Source of the DNA: Vampirovibrionia bacterium
Lineage (GTDB): Bacteria; Cyanobacteriota; Vampirovibrionia; LMEP-6097
DNA length: 39,305 nt
Direction: 5' to 3'
NCBI GenBank assembly: GCA_049314535.1
Contig: JBMOEX010000003.1
Span: forward strand, 1-39,305
In this document: in pieces, positions 1 through 9,204 of the stretch
How positions within the stretch are numbered: the stretch's first letter is position 1
Layout: each line of letters opens with the position of its first letter
The notes under the pieces: model-generated
What the model saw: the letters and a program-made list of their open reading frames with translations, nothing else
Told to the model about the DNA's origin: nothing
Databases searched by the model: none
Program-made: the position numbers and the translations under genes

Positions 1-840
1 CTCGCTGGAAGAATAGCCTTTATAGAATTAAGGGGCTTTGGCATAGAGACTTTCACTAAGTTAAAAGAAACTAGCCGTAAATCTGAGCAGCTAGATACCA
101 GCAAACTCTGGCTGAGAGGAGGTTTCCCTCGTTCTTATCTATCTTCAAGCATAAAGGATTCTTACGAGTGGCGAGAAAATTTTATAGAGACTTTTCTTGA
201 AAGAGACATACCAAATTTAGGGATTAATATCCCATCCAGAACTCTCCGGCAGTTCTGGACTATGCTTTCACATTATCATGGACAAGTATTCAATGCCTCT
301 GAATTAGCTCGCAGCATGAATTTAAGCAGCCCTACTATTCAAAGATATTTAGATATATTAAGTGGAACATTTATTATTAGACAGTTACAGCCTTGGTTTT
401 ATAACGCAAAAAAACGCATAGTAAAAAGCCCTAAAATATACTTCAGAGACTCTGGTCTACTACATGTTTTCCTAAGCATAGACTCTAAAACAGCTTTAAA
501 TGGTCATCCCAAGCTAGGTGCTTCGTGGGAAGGCTTCGCTTTAGAAGAATTTATATCTTTTCATAAATTAAGTGAACAAGAGTGTTTTTTCTGGGGATTG
601 CATACTGGAGCTGAGCTGGATTTGGTTTTTCAAAAATCAGGTAAATTATATGGCTTAGAAGTTAAATATAGTGATGCTCCTAAAATGACTAAGTCCATGC
701 ATTCAGCCCTAGCAGAACTGAATCTAGAAAAGCTATTTGTACTTTACCCAGGTAAAGATACTTATAGGTTGGATAAGAAAATCGAAGTTATTGGAATAGA
801 GGCACTTTCAGCTTTAAGCTTAAAAACTACAGTTAACTAA
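1..840 (+). CDS. AAA+ ATP-binding protein with C-terminal DUF4143 domain (5' truncated by window edge)
   Basis: Frame is open from base 1 (LAGRIAFIEL...LWLRGGFPRSY...FLERDIP) into the listed ORF. Motifs KSPKIYFRDSGL, GASWEGF and ELDLV...GLEVK are typical of AAA_14/DUF4143 proteins. Confidence 0.85.
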   Translation, partial: LAGRIAFIELRGFGIETFTKLKETSRKSEQLDTSKLWLRGGFPRSYLSSSIKDSYEWRENFIETFLERDIPNLGINIPSRTLRQFWTMLSHYHGQVFNASELARSMNLSSPTIQRYLDILSGTFIIRQLQPWFYNAKKRIVKSPKIYFRDSGLLHVFLSIDSKTALNGHPKLGASWEGFALEEFISFHKLSEQECFFWGLHTGAELDLVFQKSGKLYGLEVKYSDAPKMTKSMHSALAELNLEKLFVLYPGKDTYRLDKKIEVIGIEALSALSLKTTVN

Positions 841-2936
841 AACACTGACGCTGCAAGCGTCACAGCCACATCTTCTATCTCTGGAATATGGGTACCCGGG
901 AAAGCCGTTTTGGTAGCAGAGTCCACCATAATACTACAGTAAGGACAAGCCACACTAACTTTATCTGGCTTATGCTCATTTAATTCCTCGAAACGCATTA
1001 CGTTAATATGACTACCAGGCATTTCGTACCAAATCTGAGCACCACCACCACCACAGCAAGTGCTTTTCTCCCTTTCATTAACAATGCTCTTCAACTGCAA
1101 GCCAGGTATACTCTCAAGAATAAATCTAGGAGGATTAAACACACGATTATATCTACCTAAATAGCAAGGATCGTGATAAGTAACGGAGATGTCAATTGAA
1201 TTCTTCGGTATTAAGCGAGATTCTTGAATTAATTTAGCTAGAATCTCAGTATGGTGATAGATTTCGACATCTTCTAGACCAAATTCTGTATACTCATTCT
1301 TAAAAGTATTATAGACATGCGGACACTGAGTAATGATCTTCTTAACCCCGAAGGCTTTAAAAATTTCAATATTCTCCATGACTATTTCTTGAAACATGGC
1401 TTCATCACCAGCTCTACGAGCGATATCTCCAGAACTCTTTTCCTCATTACCTAAAATAGCGAAACTAAGTCCAGCAGCCTCAAACAACCTTGCATTAGCT
1501 TTAGATACCTCGATATTACGAGTATCATAGGAGCCAGGACTACCTACCCAGTATAAGTATTCAAACTCTGCTTCCGTACGGCTTAAGACTTTAAGCTCCA
1601 TATCATATTCAGACTTAAGAGTATCTACCCACTTCTCTCTATCACTAGGAGCCAGTCCCCAAGGATTAGATTTAGTGCGCACATTTTTAAGTGTAGACTG
1701 TAAATTAGCTGGAGCTTGATTCATCGCCAGCAAGCCACGTCTCATATCAATGATAGTATCCACATGCTCAATTAAGACTGGACACTCTTCTACACAGGCG
1801 TTACAAGAAGTACATGACCAGAGTACGTCTGGATTAATAAATTCATACAAACTCGGAGAGTGTTCTTCATGCTCAGAAGATTTATTACTAAAACCACTAA
1901 CATGGCTTTGAGATAATTTTTTTATATCCAAGAAAAGATGTTTCGGTGAAAGTGGTTTATCAGTATTTTGAGCTGGGCAGACAACATGACAGCGCCCACA
2001 AGCCGTACAAGCTTCACTATCTAAAAGGGTTTTCCATGAAAAATCTTTATACTCAAAAACACCAGCATTAAAATCCTCTTCATTAATTTCTAAGCCCTTT
2101 TCCTCAGCTTCAAGCATATCTGAAAGCTTAAATGGAGTATAAAGCTGTCCCCTAGCTCTCTTTGAATGAAAGAACATAGATAAAGGCGCCATGAAAATAT
2201 GAATAAACTTAGAATATGGTATTAAAGCGATAAAAGCACAAGTTAGCAGAGCATGAGTCCACCAAAGAGTCACATGAGCCCCTCTTAAGTCAGTATCAGT
2301 CATAAATTGAAAAACCTGAGCTAGTGCATTACCAATAAAAGCATAGGACTCGTCTGCTGGAGTAGCAGCGATTCTCAGACCCTCTACCATAAAACCCGTT
2401 ACCGCTAAACTCAATAGAAATACTGGCTGAATCCAATCTCTCTGAGTATTATCAAGTTTTTTACTAGTAAAAAGATAACGACGCAGAGCAAATATCGTGA
2501 TACCAAGAAATAAGAATAATCCCCCAAGCTCGGCTGCAAAGCTAACTAATTTATAAAAGCTGCCTTGAAAAAAATACACCGGTGAATGATCCTGGAAACC
2601 TACTATATTCGTAACGATCCATAGTGTCATAAAGCCAAGAAACACACCAGCATGAGCAAGACCAGGAGTCTTTTTCTGAGAGGTTTTCTTATGCAAGAAA
2701 GCATATGTAAAAACATAAACTAGTCTATTCCAAACATCACTAAAGCGATTTTCTCCTTTCGGGAATTTACCAGCAGTAATAATCAGTATTTTCTTATAAA
2801 CACCATGAATAAGAATTCCTGTAGAAACAAGGATTAAAAAATAAAATAAAATTCTCGCAAAAGGTGCATCAATATTCCACCAGAGCTGGCGGGTTTCTAA
2901 GATAACAGCATTTGGAACTATAAGTGCAGATTCCAT
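837..2936 (-). CDS. Membrane-bound Fe-S oxidoreductase (FadF/HdrD/GlpC-like): NarI-like transmembrane region, 2x[4Fe-4S] dicluster, two CCG domains
   Basis: Motifs CTACGRCHVVCP, CTSCNACVEECP, TYHDPCYLGR, CCGGGG and ACPYC, plus several N-terminal transmembrane helices. Start placed at ATG 2936 to avoid overlap with metH; the ORF track gives 2966. Confidence 0.85.
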   Translation of the reverse strand: MESALIVPNAVILETRQLWWNIDAPFARILFYFLILVSTGILIHGVYKKILIITAGKFPKGENRFSDVWNRLVYVFTYAFLHKKTSQKKTPGLAHAGVFLGFMTLWIVTNIVGFQDHSPVYFFQGSFYKLVSFAAELGGLFLFLGITIFALRRYLFTSKKLDNTQRDWIQPVFLLSLAVTGFMVEGLRIAATPADESYAFIGNALAQVFQFMTDTDLRGAHVTLWWTHALLTCAFIALIPYSKFIHIFMAPLSMFFHSKRARGQLYTPFKLSDMLEAEEKGLEINEEDFNAGVFEYKDFSWKTLLDSEACTACGRCHVVCPAQNTDKPLSPKHLFLDIKKLSQSHVSGFSNKSSEHEEHSPSLYEFINPDVLWSCTSCNACVEECPVLIEHVDTIIDMRRGLLAMNQAPANLQSTLKNVRTKSNPWGLAPSDREKWVDTLKSEYDMELKVLSRTEAEFEYLYWVGSPGSYDTRNIEVSKANARLFEAAGLSFAILGNEEKSSGDIARRAGDEAMFQEIVMENIEIFKAFGVKKIITQCPHVYNTFKNEYTEFGLEDVEIYHHTEILAKLIQESRLIPKNSIDISVTYHDPCYLGRYNRVFNPPRFILESIPGLQLKSIVNEREKSTCCGGGGAQIWYEMPGSHINVMRFEELNEHKPDKVSVACPYCSIMVDSATKTAFPGTHIPEIEDVAVTLAASVF

Positions 2937-2960
2937 TAAACTATAATATATCCTAGAAAT
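2937..2960. promoter_or_regulatory. Putative back-to-back -10 elements in a 24-bp divergent gap
   Basis: Plus strand: TATAAT at 2942-47 and TATCCT at 2949-54, 6 nt before the metH ATG. Minus strand: TATTAT 6 nt before ATG 2936. Confidence 0.4.
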
Positions 2961-5900
2961 ATGCACTTGTCATTAAAGCCAAAACCTAAATTTCTTGAAA
3001 TACTGGCCCAAAAAGTTATTGTCTATGATGGTGCGATGGGGACTAATCTCTTTAATTACAGTCTGACAGCAGATGATTACGGCGGAGCAGCTTTTGAAGG
3101 CTGCCCTGAAATGCTAAATAAAACTAAACCTGAAATTATTCAAGAAATTCATCGTAATTTTTTCAGCGCTGGAGCTGATATTGTTGAGACTAATAGCTTC
3201 GGCTCTAGTAGACTCGTTCTTGGTGAATACGATATCAGTGAAGAAAGTTATGAAATCAGCAAACTTGCAGCTAGATTAGCAAGAGAGGTGGCTGATGAAT
3301 TTACTATCAAAGAACCAGAAAAACCTAGATTTGTAGCTGGCTCTATTGGACCAGGAACTAAACTCGCAACTTTAGGTAATGTTCAATTCGATGAACTTAA
3401 AAACTCCTACTTAGATCAAGTCCGTGGACTAATTGACGGCGGCGTTGATGTTATTCTGATTGAAACCTGCCAAGACCCTCTACAGATAAAGGCCGTACTT
3501 GTAGCTTGCTATGAAATATTTTCTAAGATAGAAGAAGAGTTTAAAGATAAAACCGATGCAGAATTATTAGAAGCTTACCCAAGGGGAGAAATCACTCAGA
3601 TTCAAGATTTCGCAGACAGAGCAACTATTACAAAAAATCACATTCGAACTAGAACTGGCTTATCAAAGAGATTTAGACTTCCACTGCAAGTGCAAATCAC
3701 GATAGAACAAACTGGCACGATGCTAGTCGGTACAGATTTAAATGCCGCACTTACGACCATAGCAGCTTACCCGATAGATATATTCGGGATGAACTGCGCT
3801 ACTGGACCAAAAGAAATGCAGGAACATATTCAGTATTTAAAAGATAACTGCCCAGTAAAAATCAGCTGCTTACCAAATGCTGGTATCCCCGAAAACGTCT
3901 GTGGCCACGCTCATTTCCCATTAGGACCAGATGAATTCACTAGCTATCTTTCTAAATTTATTACTGAATATCAGGTAAACATAGTAGGTGGCTGCTGTGG
4001 TACTAGTTATCAGCATATTAAACAGTTAGCTGATGCCGTAAAAGACTTATCAGCACCACTAAATGATACTAATACTAAAACCCAGGAAGTAAGAAATTCT
4101 CTTTCTTCACTATATTCCGCAATTAATATGGACTTAGATACTAAGCCTATAATAGTCGGAGAAAGAACTAACGCTAATGGCAGTAAGCTTTTCAAAGACT
4201 TACTTGCAAAAGAAGACTATGACGCAATTATAGACTTAGCTAAAGAACAAGTGGAAGAAGGAGCTCAAATTTTAGATCTCTGTGCAGCTTACGTCGGGCG
4301 GAATGAAATACGAGACATGAAGGAAATACTCTTCAAGCTCAATACCGCAATCAGCATACCAATAATGGTAGATAGCACTGAGGCAGATGTTTTAGAAGAA
4401 TCACTTAAATTAATCTCAGGGAAAGCAGTAGTAAACTCAGTCAACCTCGAAGATGGCGAGCATAGAGTTGAACTTATAGCTAAGCTCTGCAATAGATACG
4501 GTGCCGCATTAGTAGTACTCACCATCGATGAAAGTGGTATGGCGAAAACCGCCGAGAAGAAGCTGGAAGTCGCTGAGCGACTATATGATTTACTAGTAAA
4601 TCAACATGGCATGAATGCTAATGACATTATCTTTGATACTCTAACTTTCACTCTCGGCTCTGGGGATGAGGAATTTAGAAAAGCTGGTATTGAAACCATC
4701 GAAGCGATTCGCTTAGTAAAAGAAAAGATGCCTGGAGTAAAGAGCATACTTGGTGTTAGTAATATTTCATTCGGCTTAGATCCTAAATTAAGAACAGCCT
4801 TAAACTCTGTATTCATGCATGAAGCCACTAAAGCTGGTTTAGATATGGCTATCGTCAATAACAAAAAAATCATCCCTCTGCATAAAATAGAAAATCGACT
4901 CAAAGAACTATGCCTAGATTTAATCTACGATAGAAGAATTTTTAAAGATAATGGCGAATGCAGCTTTGATCCACTTATGGAGTTACTCGCCTTAGTCGAA
5001 GATATTAAGTTAGATGATAATGCCAAAACCAATCCCTATGAGGGTTTAAGCGTAGAACAAATACTCTCTCAAAGAATTATAGATGGTAATAAAACTAATA
5101 TCGATAAAGATTTAGATCTAGCAAGAGAAAAGGGACACAAGCCCTTAGACATTATCAATCAATTTCTCATGGATGGTATGAAGATAGTCGGTGAAAGGTT
5201 CGGGGCAGGTGAAATGCAATTACCTTTCGTACTACAGTCTGCTACGACGATGAAGGCAGCAGTATCTCACCTAGAACAGTTTATGGATAAGATTTCAGCT
5301 AATACTCACAAAGGCTCTCTAGTATTAGCTACTGTAAAAGGTGACGTTCATGACATCGGTAAAAACCTAGTCGATATCATACTTTCAAACAACGGTTATA
5401 AAGTTTATAACTTAGGTATAAAACAGCCGATAGAAGAAATCATTAAAGCCATAGAAGAACACAAGCCAGACCTACTCGCACTTTCAGGCTTACTCGTTAA
5501 ATCAACTTTAATAATGAAGCAGAACCTAGAAATTCTAAATGATAGAGGAATAGACCTTCCTGTTATATTAGGCGGGGCAGCTCTTACTAGGCGCTTCGTA
5601 GAACAAGACTGTGCAAATATCTACAAAGGCACTGTCTTTTATGGCTATGATGCCTTTACTGATTTAGATATCATGGAAAGGCTCAGCAGTAAAACCTCAC
5701 TTGATGAGATTAAAAAAGAATTTTATAAAACTAAACCAAGTGCAGAGAATACTAACAGTGCTTACCAAGAGGTAGGAGACTCTGATGAGGACAGCTACGC
5801 ACCATTATTAAGTTACACTGAAAATTTATCCTCAGTCCCAGCTTTAAAGAATGATGCAGTGCCTAAAATCCCCTTTTATGGAGATAAAATCATAGACTCT

Positions 5901-6674
5901 ACAGACATAGATCTTGATGAAATGTGGAGTTATTTAAACTTAGATGCAATGATAATCGGTCAATGGCGTATGGGGAAAGGGAAACGCTCCGACGAAGAGT
6001 ATAAAATATTCTTAGATACTGAAGTCTACCCAGTACTCGAAAGATTAAAAGTAGAAACCAGAAAAAATCCTTGGTTTAAACCTCAAATCATCTATGGTTA
6101 CTACTACTGTAAAATAGATGACACAAACCCAAATCAGCTCAATATTTACTCCGAAGATAAAACTCAAGTCATAGACTCCTTCATCTTTCCAAGACAAAAT
6201 AAGGATGATTATCTCTGCCTAAGTGATTATTTTCGCCTAGAAGATAAAAGCTCTTTCAACATCGTTCCTTTCCAGCTAGTTACCATAGGAGTTTCAGCAG
6301 CAGAATTCGTAAATAAACTTTACCAAGCTGGAGAATTTTCAGAATACCTCTATTACTACGGGCTAGCGACAGAGAGTACTGAAGCACTTGCAGAATATGC
6401 TCATGCTCGTATTAGAAAAGAATTAGGTTTTAGTGCAGAAGATGACAAAGATACGAAAAAATTACTACGCGGCTCTTATCATGGCATGCGTTTTAGCTTT
6501 GGCTATCCTGCCTGCCCTCGACTAGAAGACCAACTGAAGTTATTTGAACTATTTAAGCCAGATAGAATCGGCATGAAATTATCTGAAGAATGGCAAATTC
6601 ACCCAGAACATAGTACATCTGCGATAGTTATTCATCATCCTGCCGCAAAATACTATAATGTAAAAATTAACTAA
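2961..6674 (+). CDS. metH: Cobalamin-dependent methionine synthase
   Basis: Motifs DGAMGT, GMNCATGP, GGCCGT, pterin domain VGERTNANGS, B12-binding KGDVHDIGKNLV...SGLL and activation domain RFSFGYPACP. Confidence 0.97.
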   Translation: MHLSLKPKPKFLEILAQKVIVYDGAMGTNLFNYSLTADDYGGAAFEGCPEMLNKTKPEIIQEIHRNFFSAGADIVETNSFGSSRLVLGEYDISEESYEISKLAARLAREVADEFTIKEPEKPRFVAGSIGPGTKLATLGNVQFDELKNSYLDQVRGLIDGGVDVILIETCQDPLQIKAVLVACYEIFSKIEEEFKDKTDAELLEAYPRGEITQIQDFADRATITKNHIRTRTGLSKRFRLPLQVQITIEQTGTMLVGTDLNAALTTIAAYPIDIFGMNCATGPKEMQEHIQYLKDNCPVKISCLPNAGIPENVCGHAHFPLGPDEFTSYLSKFITEYQVNIVGGCCGTSYQHIKQLADAVKDLSAPLNDTNTKTQEVRNSLSSLYSAINMDLDTKPIIVGERTNANGSKLFKDLLAKEDYDAIIDLAKEQVEEGAQILDLCAAYVGRNEIRDMKEILFKLNTAISIPIMVDSTEADVLEESLKLISGKAVVNSVNLEDGEHRVELIAKLCNRYGAALVVLTIDESGMAKTAEKKLEVAERLYDLLVNQHGMNANDIIFDTLTFTLGSGDEEFRKAGIETIEAIRLVKEKMPGVKSILGVSNISFGLDPKLRTALNSVFMHEATKAGLDMAIVNNKKIIPLHKIENRLKELCLDLIYDRRIFKDNGECSFDPLMELLALVEDIKLDDNAKTNPYEGLSVEQILSQRIIDGNKTNIDKDLDLAREKGHKPLDIINQFLMDGMKIVGERFGAGEMQLPFVLQSATTMKAAVSHLEQFMDKISANTHKGSLVLATVKGDVHDIGKNLVDIILSNNGYKVYNLGIKQPIEEIIKAIEEHKPDLLALSGLLVKSTLIMKQNLEILNDRGIDLPVILGGAALTRRFVEQDCANIYKGTVFYGYDAFTDLDIMERLSSKTSLDEIKKEFYKTKPSAENTNSAYQEVGDSDEDSYAPLLSYTENLSSVPALKNDAVPKIPFYGDKIIDSTDIDLDEMWSYLNLDAMIIGQWRMGKGKRSDEEYKIFLDTEVYPVLERLKVETRKNPWFKPQIIYGYYYCKIDDTNPNQLNIYSEDKTQVIDSFIFPRQNKDDYLCLSDYFRLEDKSSFNIVPFQLVTIGVSAAEFVNKLYQAGEFSEYLYYYGLATESTEALAEYAHARIRKELGFSAEDDKDTKKLLRGSYHGMRFSFGYPACPRLEDQLKLFELFKPDRIGMKLSEEWQIHPEHSTSAIVIHHPAAKYYNVKIN

Positions 6675-6682
6675 ATTAAACA

Positions 6683-7468
6683 ATGAAAAATGATTTTTTA
6701 TCAAGCCTACTTAATATCATCAAAGCCTTCTTCGTTGGAATAGCTTATGGATTTTATGATTTAATTCCAGTCAAAAAAACACCACGAAATGAGCCTATAG
6801 AGCTGCATGACAGTAGCTGGAAAAAATATTATAAAGTGCCAGAATGGAGATACTTTATAGTACGAGAAATAACCGCTCAAATAGTTATAGTATTAGTTTT
6901 ACTAGTCATCGTAAGAACGACTATTGGTGAATTCAGATACATACCAAGCGAAAGCATGTTACCGACCTTAAAAATCGGCGATAAACTTTTCGTAGAAAAA
7001 ATAAGCAGACTTTTCAGAAAAGAATATCAGCGTGGAGATATTATTATTTTCTTTCCACCAGCTTCAGCAAGTGAAGGCCACGAAAGTATATTAAAAGATC
7101 CAGTTAGCTTATTAATTCGCCTAACAGGTTTACCATTTCTACCTCAGCCAGAGGCTTACATTAAAAGGCTTATCGGTTTACCTGGAGATAAAGTTGAAGT
7201 AATAAAAGGCGATGGTATATACATTAACGATAAAAAACTTTTAGAACCTTACTATGAAGGTAGTCCTGAATTTATTGCCGCCTATGATTACGGAGCAGTC
7301 ACGGTTCCAGCCAATAATTACCTGGTTTTTGGTGATAATCGTAACTTTAGCTATGACAGCCATTACTGGGGCTTCCTTCCGAAAGATAGGGTTATAGGCA
7401 GAGCTGCTTTTTTAATTTATAGAAGTCTTGATCAAAAACCACATTTTTTTGATGCCCCAATGTTATAA
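6683..7468 (+). CDS. lepB: Signal peptidase I
   Basis: Motifs IPSESMLPTL (catalytic Ser), YIKRLIGLPGD (catalytic Lys) and GDNRNFSYDSHYWG, preceded by a transmembrane helix. Confidence 0.95.
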   Translation: MKNDFLSSLLNIIKAFFVGIAYGFYDLIPVKKTPRNEPIELHDSSWKKYYKVPEWRYFIVREITAQIVIVLVLLVIVRTTIGEFRYIPSESMLPTLKIGDKLFVEKISRLFRKEYQRGDIIIFFPPASASEGHESILKDPVSLLIRLTGLPFLPQPEAYIKRLIGLPGDKVEVIKGDGIYINDKKLLEPYYEGSPEFIAAYDYGAVTVPANNYLVFGDNRNFSYDSHYWGFLPKDRVIGRAAFLIYRSLDQKPHFFDAPML

Positions 7469-7478
7469 ATTAAACTGA

Positions 7479-9167
7479 ATGCTCAATTTCCAGCTTTTTC
7501 TAATTCTATTAACGGCACTTCTAGTTTTCTCATTTGGAGTAGCTTCTGTGCCTATTGCTGGAGTAGATGAAGGTAGATTTACTCAGGCCTCTCTTAATAT
7601 GCTTATTAGTGGCGACTGGTTCATTCCACAAGTCGATGGTATTTTAAGGCTAGAAAAACCCATACTATTTTACTGGGAACAGGCTGTTTCATTTTTAATC
7701 TTCGGTACTACTGAATTTGCTGCTCGCTTACCCTCGGTGCTATCTGCTACAGGTTTAGTTGCGTTAGCTTATTTCATGGGTGGCATACAAGGCACACCTT
7801 TAATCGCAGGGTTAATCTGCTTAAGTACCTTATTCATAAACTTCTTTGCGAAAGTAGCTATGATTGATATGAGTCTATGCTTATTAATCTCTGCGACACT
7901 GAGTTTTTTCTTTCTATCTTATTTCTTTAAAACTAAAACTAATAATATTTTCAATAGGCAAAACTCCGATACTAGAATATATTTTTACCTAGCTAGCTTT
8001 AGTGCCTCTCTAGGCTTCCTCTGTAAGGGTCCTATAGCCTTAGCCTTGCCTAGTATAATCATATTCATCTTTTTATTAAAAGAAAAAGAACTAATCATAT
8101 TTTTTGCTCAAAAAAAATATGATTCATTAATTTGTATTGGAATGTTTCTCTTAATAAATATTCCTTGGTATCTTCTTGCCCATATAAAAACTCATGGTGA
8201 ATTTACTAAAAGCTTTTTTCTCGGAGATAATCTAGGACGTTTTCTAGAAACCACCAGTAATCATGGTGGAGCGATTTGGTTCTACATACCCGTAATTCTT
8301 GTCGGATTTTTCCCTTGGTCATTCTTCTTGGTACAAGCATTATTAAACGATCAAAACTCAAGCAAGGTATCTAGGATTAATATTATTGACAATACCAATA
8401 CCTTAAGAAGGTTTAACTTAATCTGGATTGCCGTGACTTTTATTTTCTTTAGCCTTTCTCAAACTAAATTAATTACCTATATTTTACCGATTTCACTGCC
8501 TCTAATTTTAACCATAGCCAAATATTGGTCAATGAAAATGAATGCTGGACGAGGTTTTCAAAATAGAAATTATGATATTTTAGGTGGTTTTCTGGCTTTA
8601 TTTATCACTGTTCCAATCTGCTTATTAATTATTTTAGATAAATTAAGCAACTCCTTAAATGCTCAATTAGTCGGAGAATTACAGTTTTTCCTAGTAATCA
8701 TAGGAATATTTTTCTCCTGCACGCTGATTATCGCAATGACTTCAGTTAAAACTAATCTCAAATTATCTTTTGGGCTAATTCTTATTTTCTCGCTCTGTCT
8801 ATATTTATTTTCTATGGAATTAATAGCTAAACCACTAATAAACAACTTAGATGGTGGTATTAAAAGCTTTTGCACCGAAATCTATGCCCCCGCAAAAGAA
8901 CATGCAAAAAAGCATAAAAGAAAAATAGCAAAGCTTGCTAGCTATAAATTAAATAGAGCCAGCATCGGTTTTTACTGCAAAGATACTGTAAATAACTTCA
9001 ATGATATAAACTCTTTAAATAAATTCTTGGCTTCACCAGAGACATTTCAGAGACCTGTTTATTTACTAGTTAGAAATGATGAGTTGCAAAATATTACAAA
9101 TCAAATAATCAGAGTACGTACGATAATTAAAAAAACGGATAAGCTATCGCTGCTTAGAATTAGCTGA
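7479..9167 (+). CDS. ArnT/PMT-family (GT-C) membrane glycosyltransferase
   Basis: Motifs DEGRF, EKPILFYW, FAARLPS, LCKGP, WFYIP...FFPWS and KLITYILP, with many transmembrane helices. Confidence 0.88.
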   Translation: MLNFQLFLILLTALLVFSFGVASVPIAGVDEGRFTQASLNMLISGDWFIPQVDGILRLEKPILFYWEQAVSFLIFGTTEFAARLPSVLSATGLVALAYFMGGIQGTPLIAGLICLSTLFINFFAKVAMIDMSLCLLISATLSFFFLSYFFKTKTNNIFNRQNSDTRIYFYLASFSASLGFLCKGPIALALPSIIIFIFLLKEKELIIFFAQKKYDSLICIGMFLLINIPWYLLAHIKTHGEFTKSFFLGDNLGRFLETTSNHGGAIWFYIPVILVGFFPWSFFLVQALLNDQNSSKVSRINIIDNTNTLRRFNLIWIAVTFIFFSLSQTKLITYILPISLPLILTIAKYWSMKMNAGRGFQNRNYDILGGFLALFITVPICLLIILDKLSNSLNAQLVGELQFFLVIIGIFFSCTLIIAMTSVKTNLKLSFGLILIFSLCLYLFSMELIAKPLINNLDGGIKSFCTEIYAPAKEHAKKHKRKIAKLASYKLNRASIGFYCKDTVNNFNDINSLNKFLASPETFQRPVYLLVRNDELQNITNQIIRVRTIIKKTDKLSLLRIS

Positions 9168-9204
9168 AAAAATAAAGCAATCACGGGTTCTGCGGTACTC
9201 TAAT

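Noticed and set aside
1-840. DUF4143 AAA ATPase as part of a defence system
   Set aside because: It is a very common stand-alone family, truncated by the window edge, with no partner genes visible.
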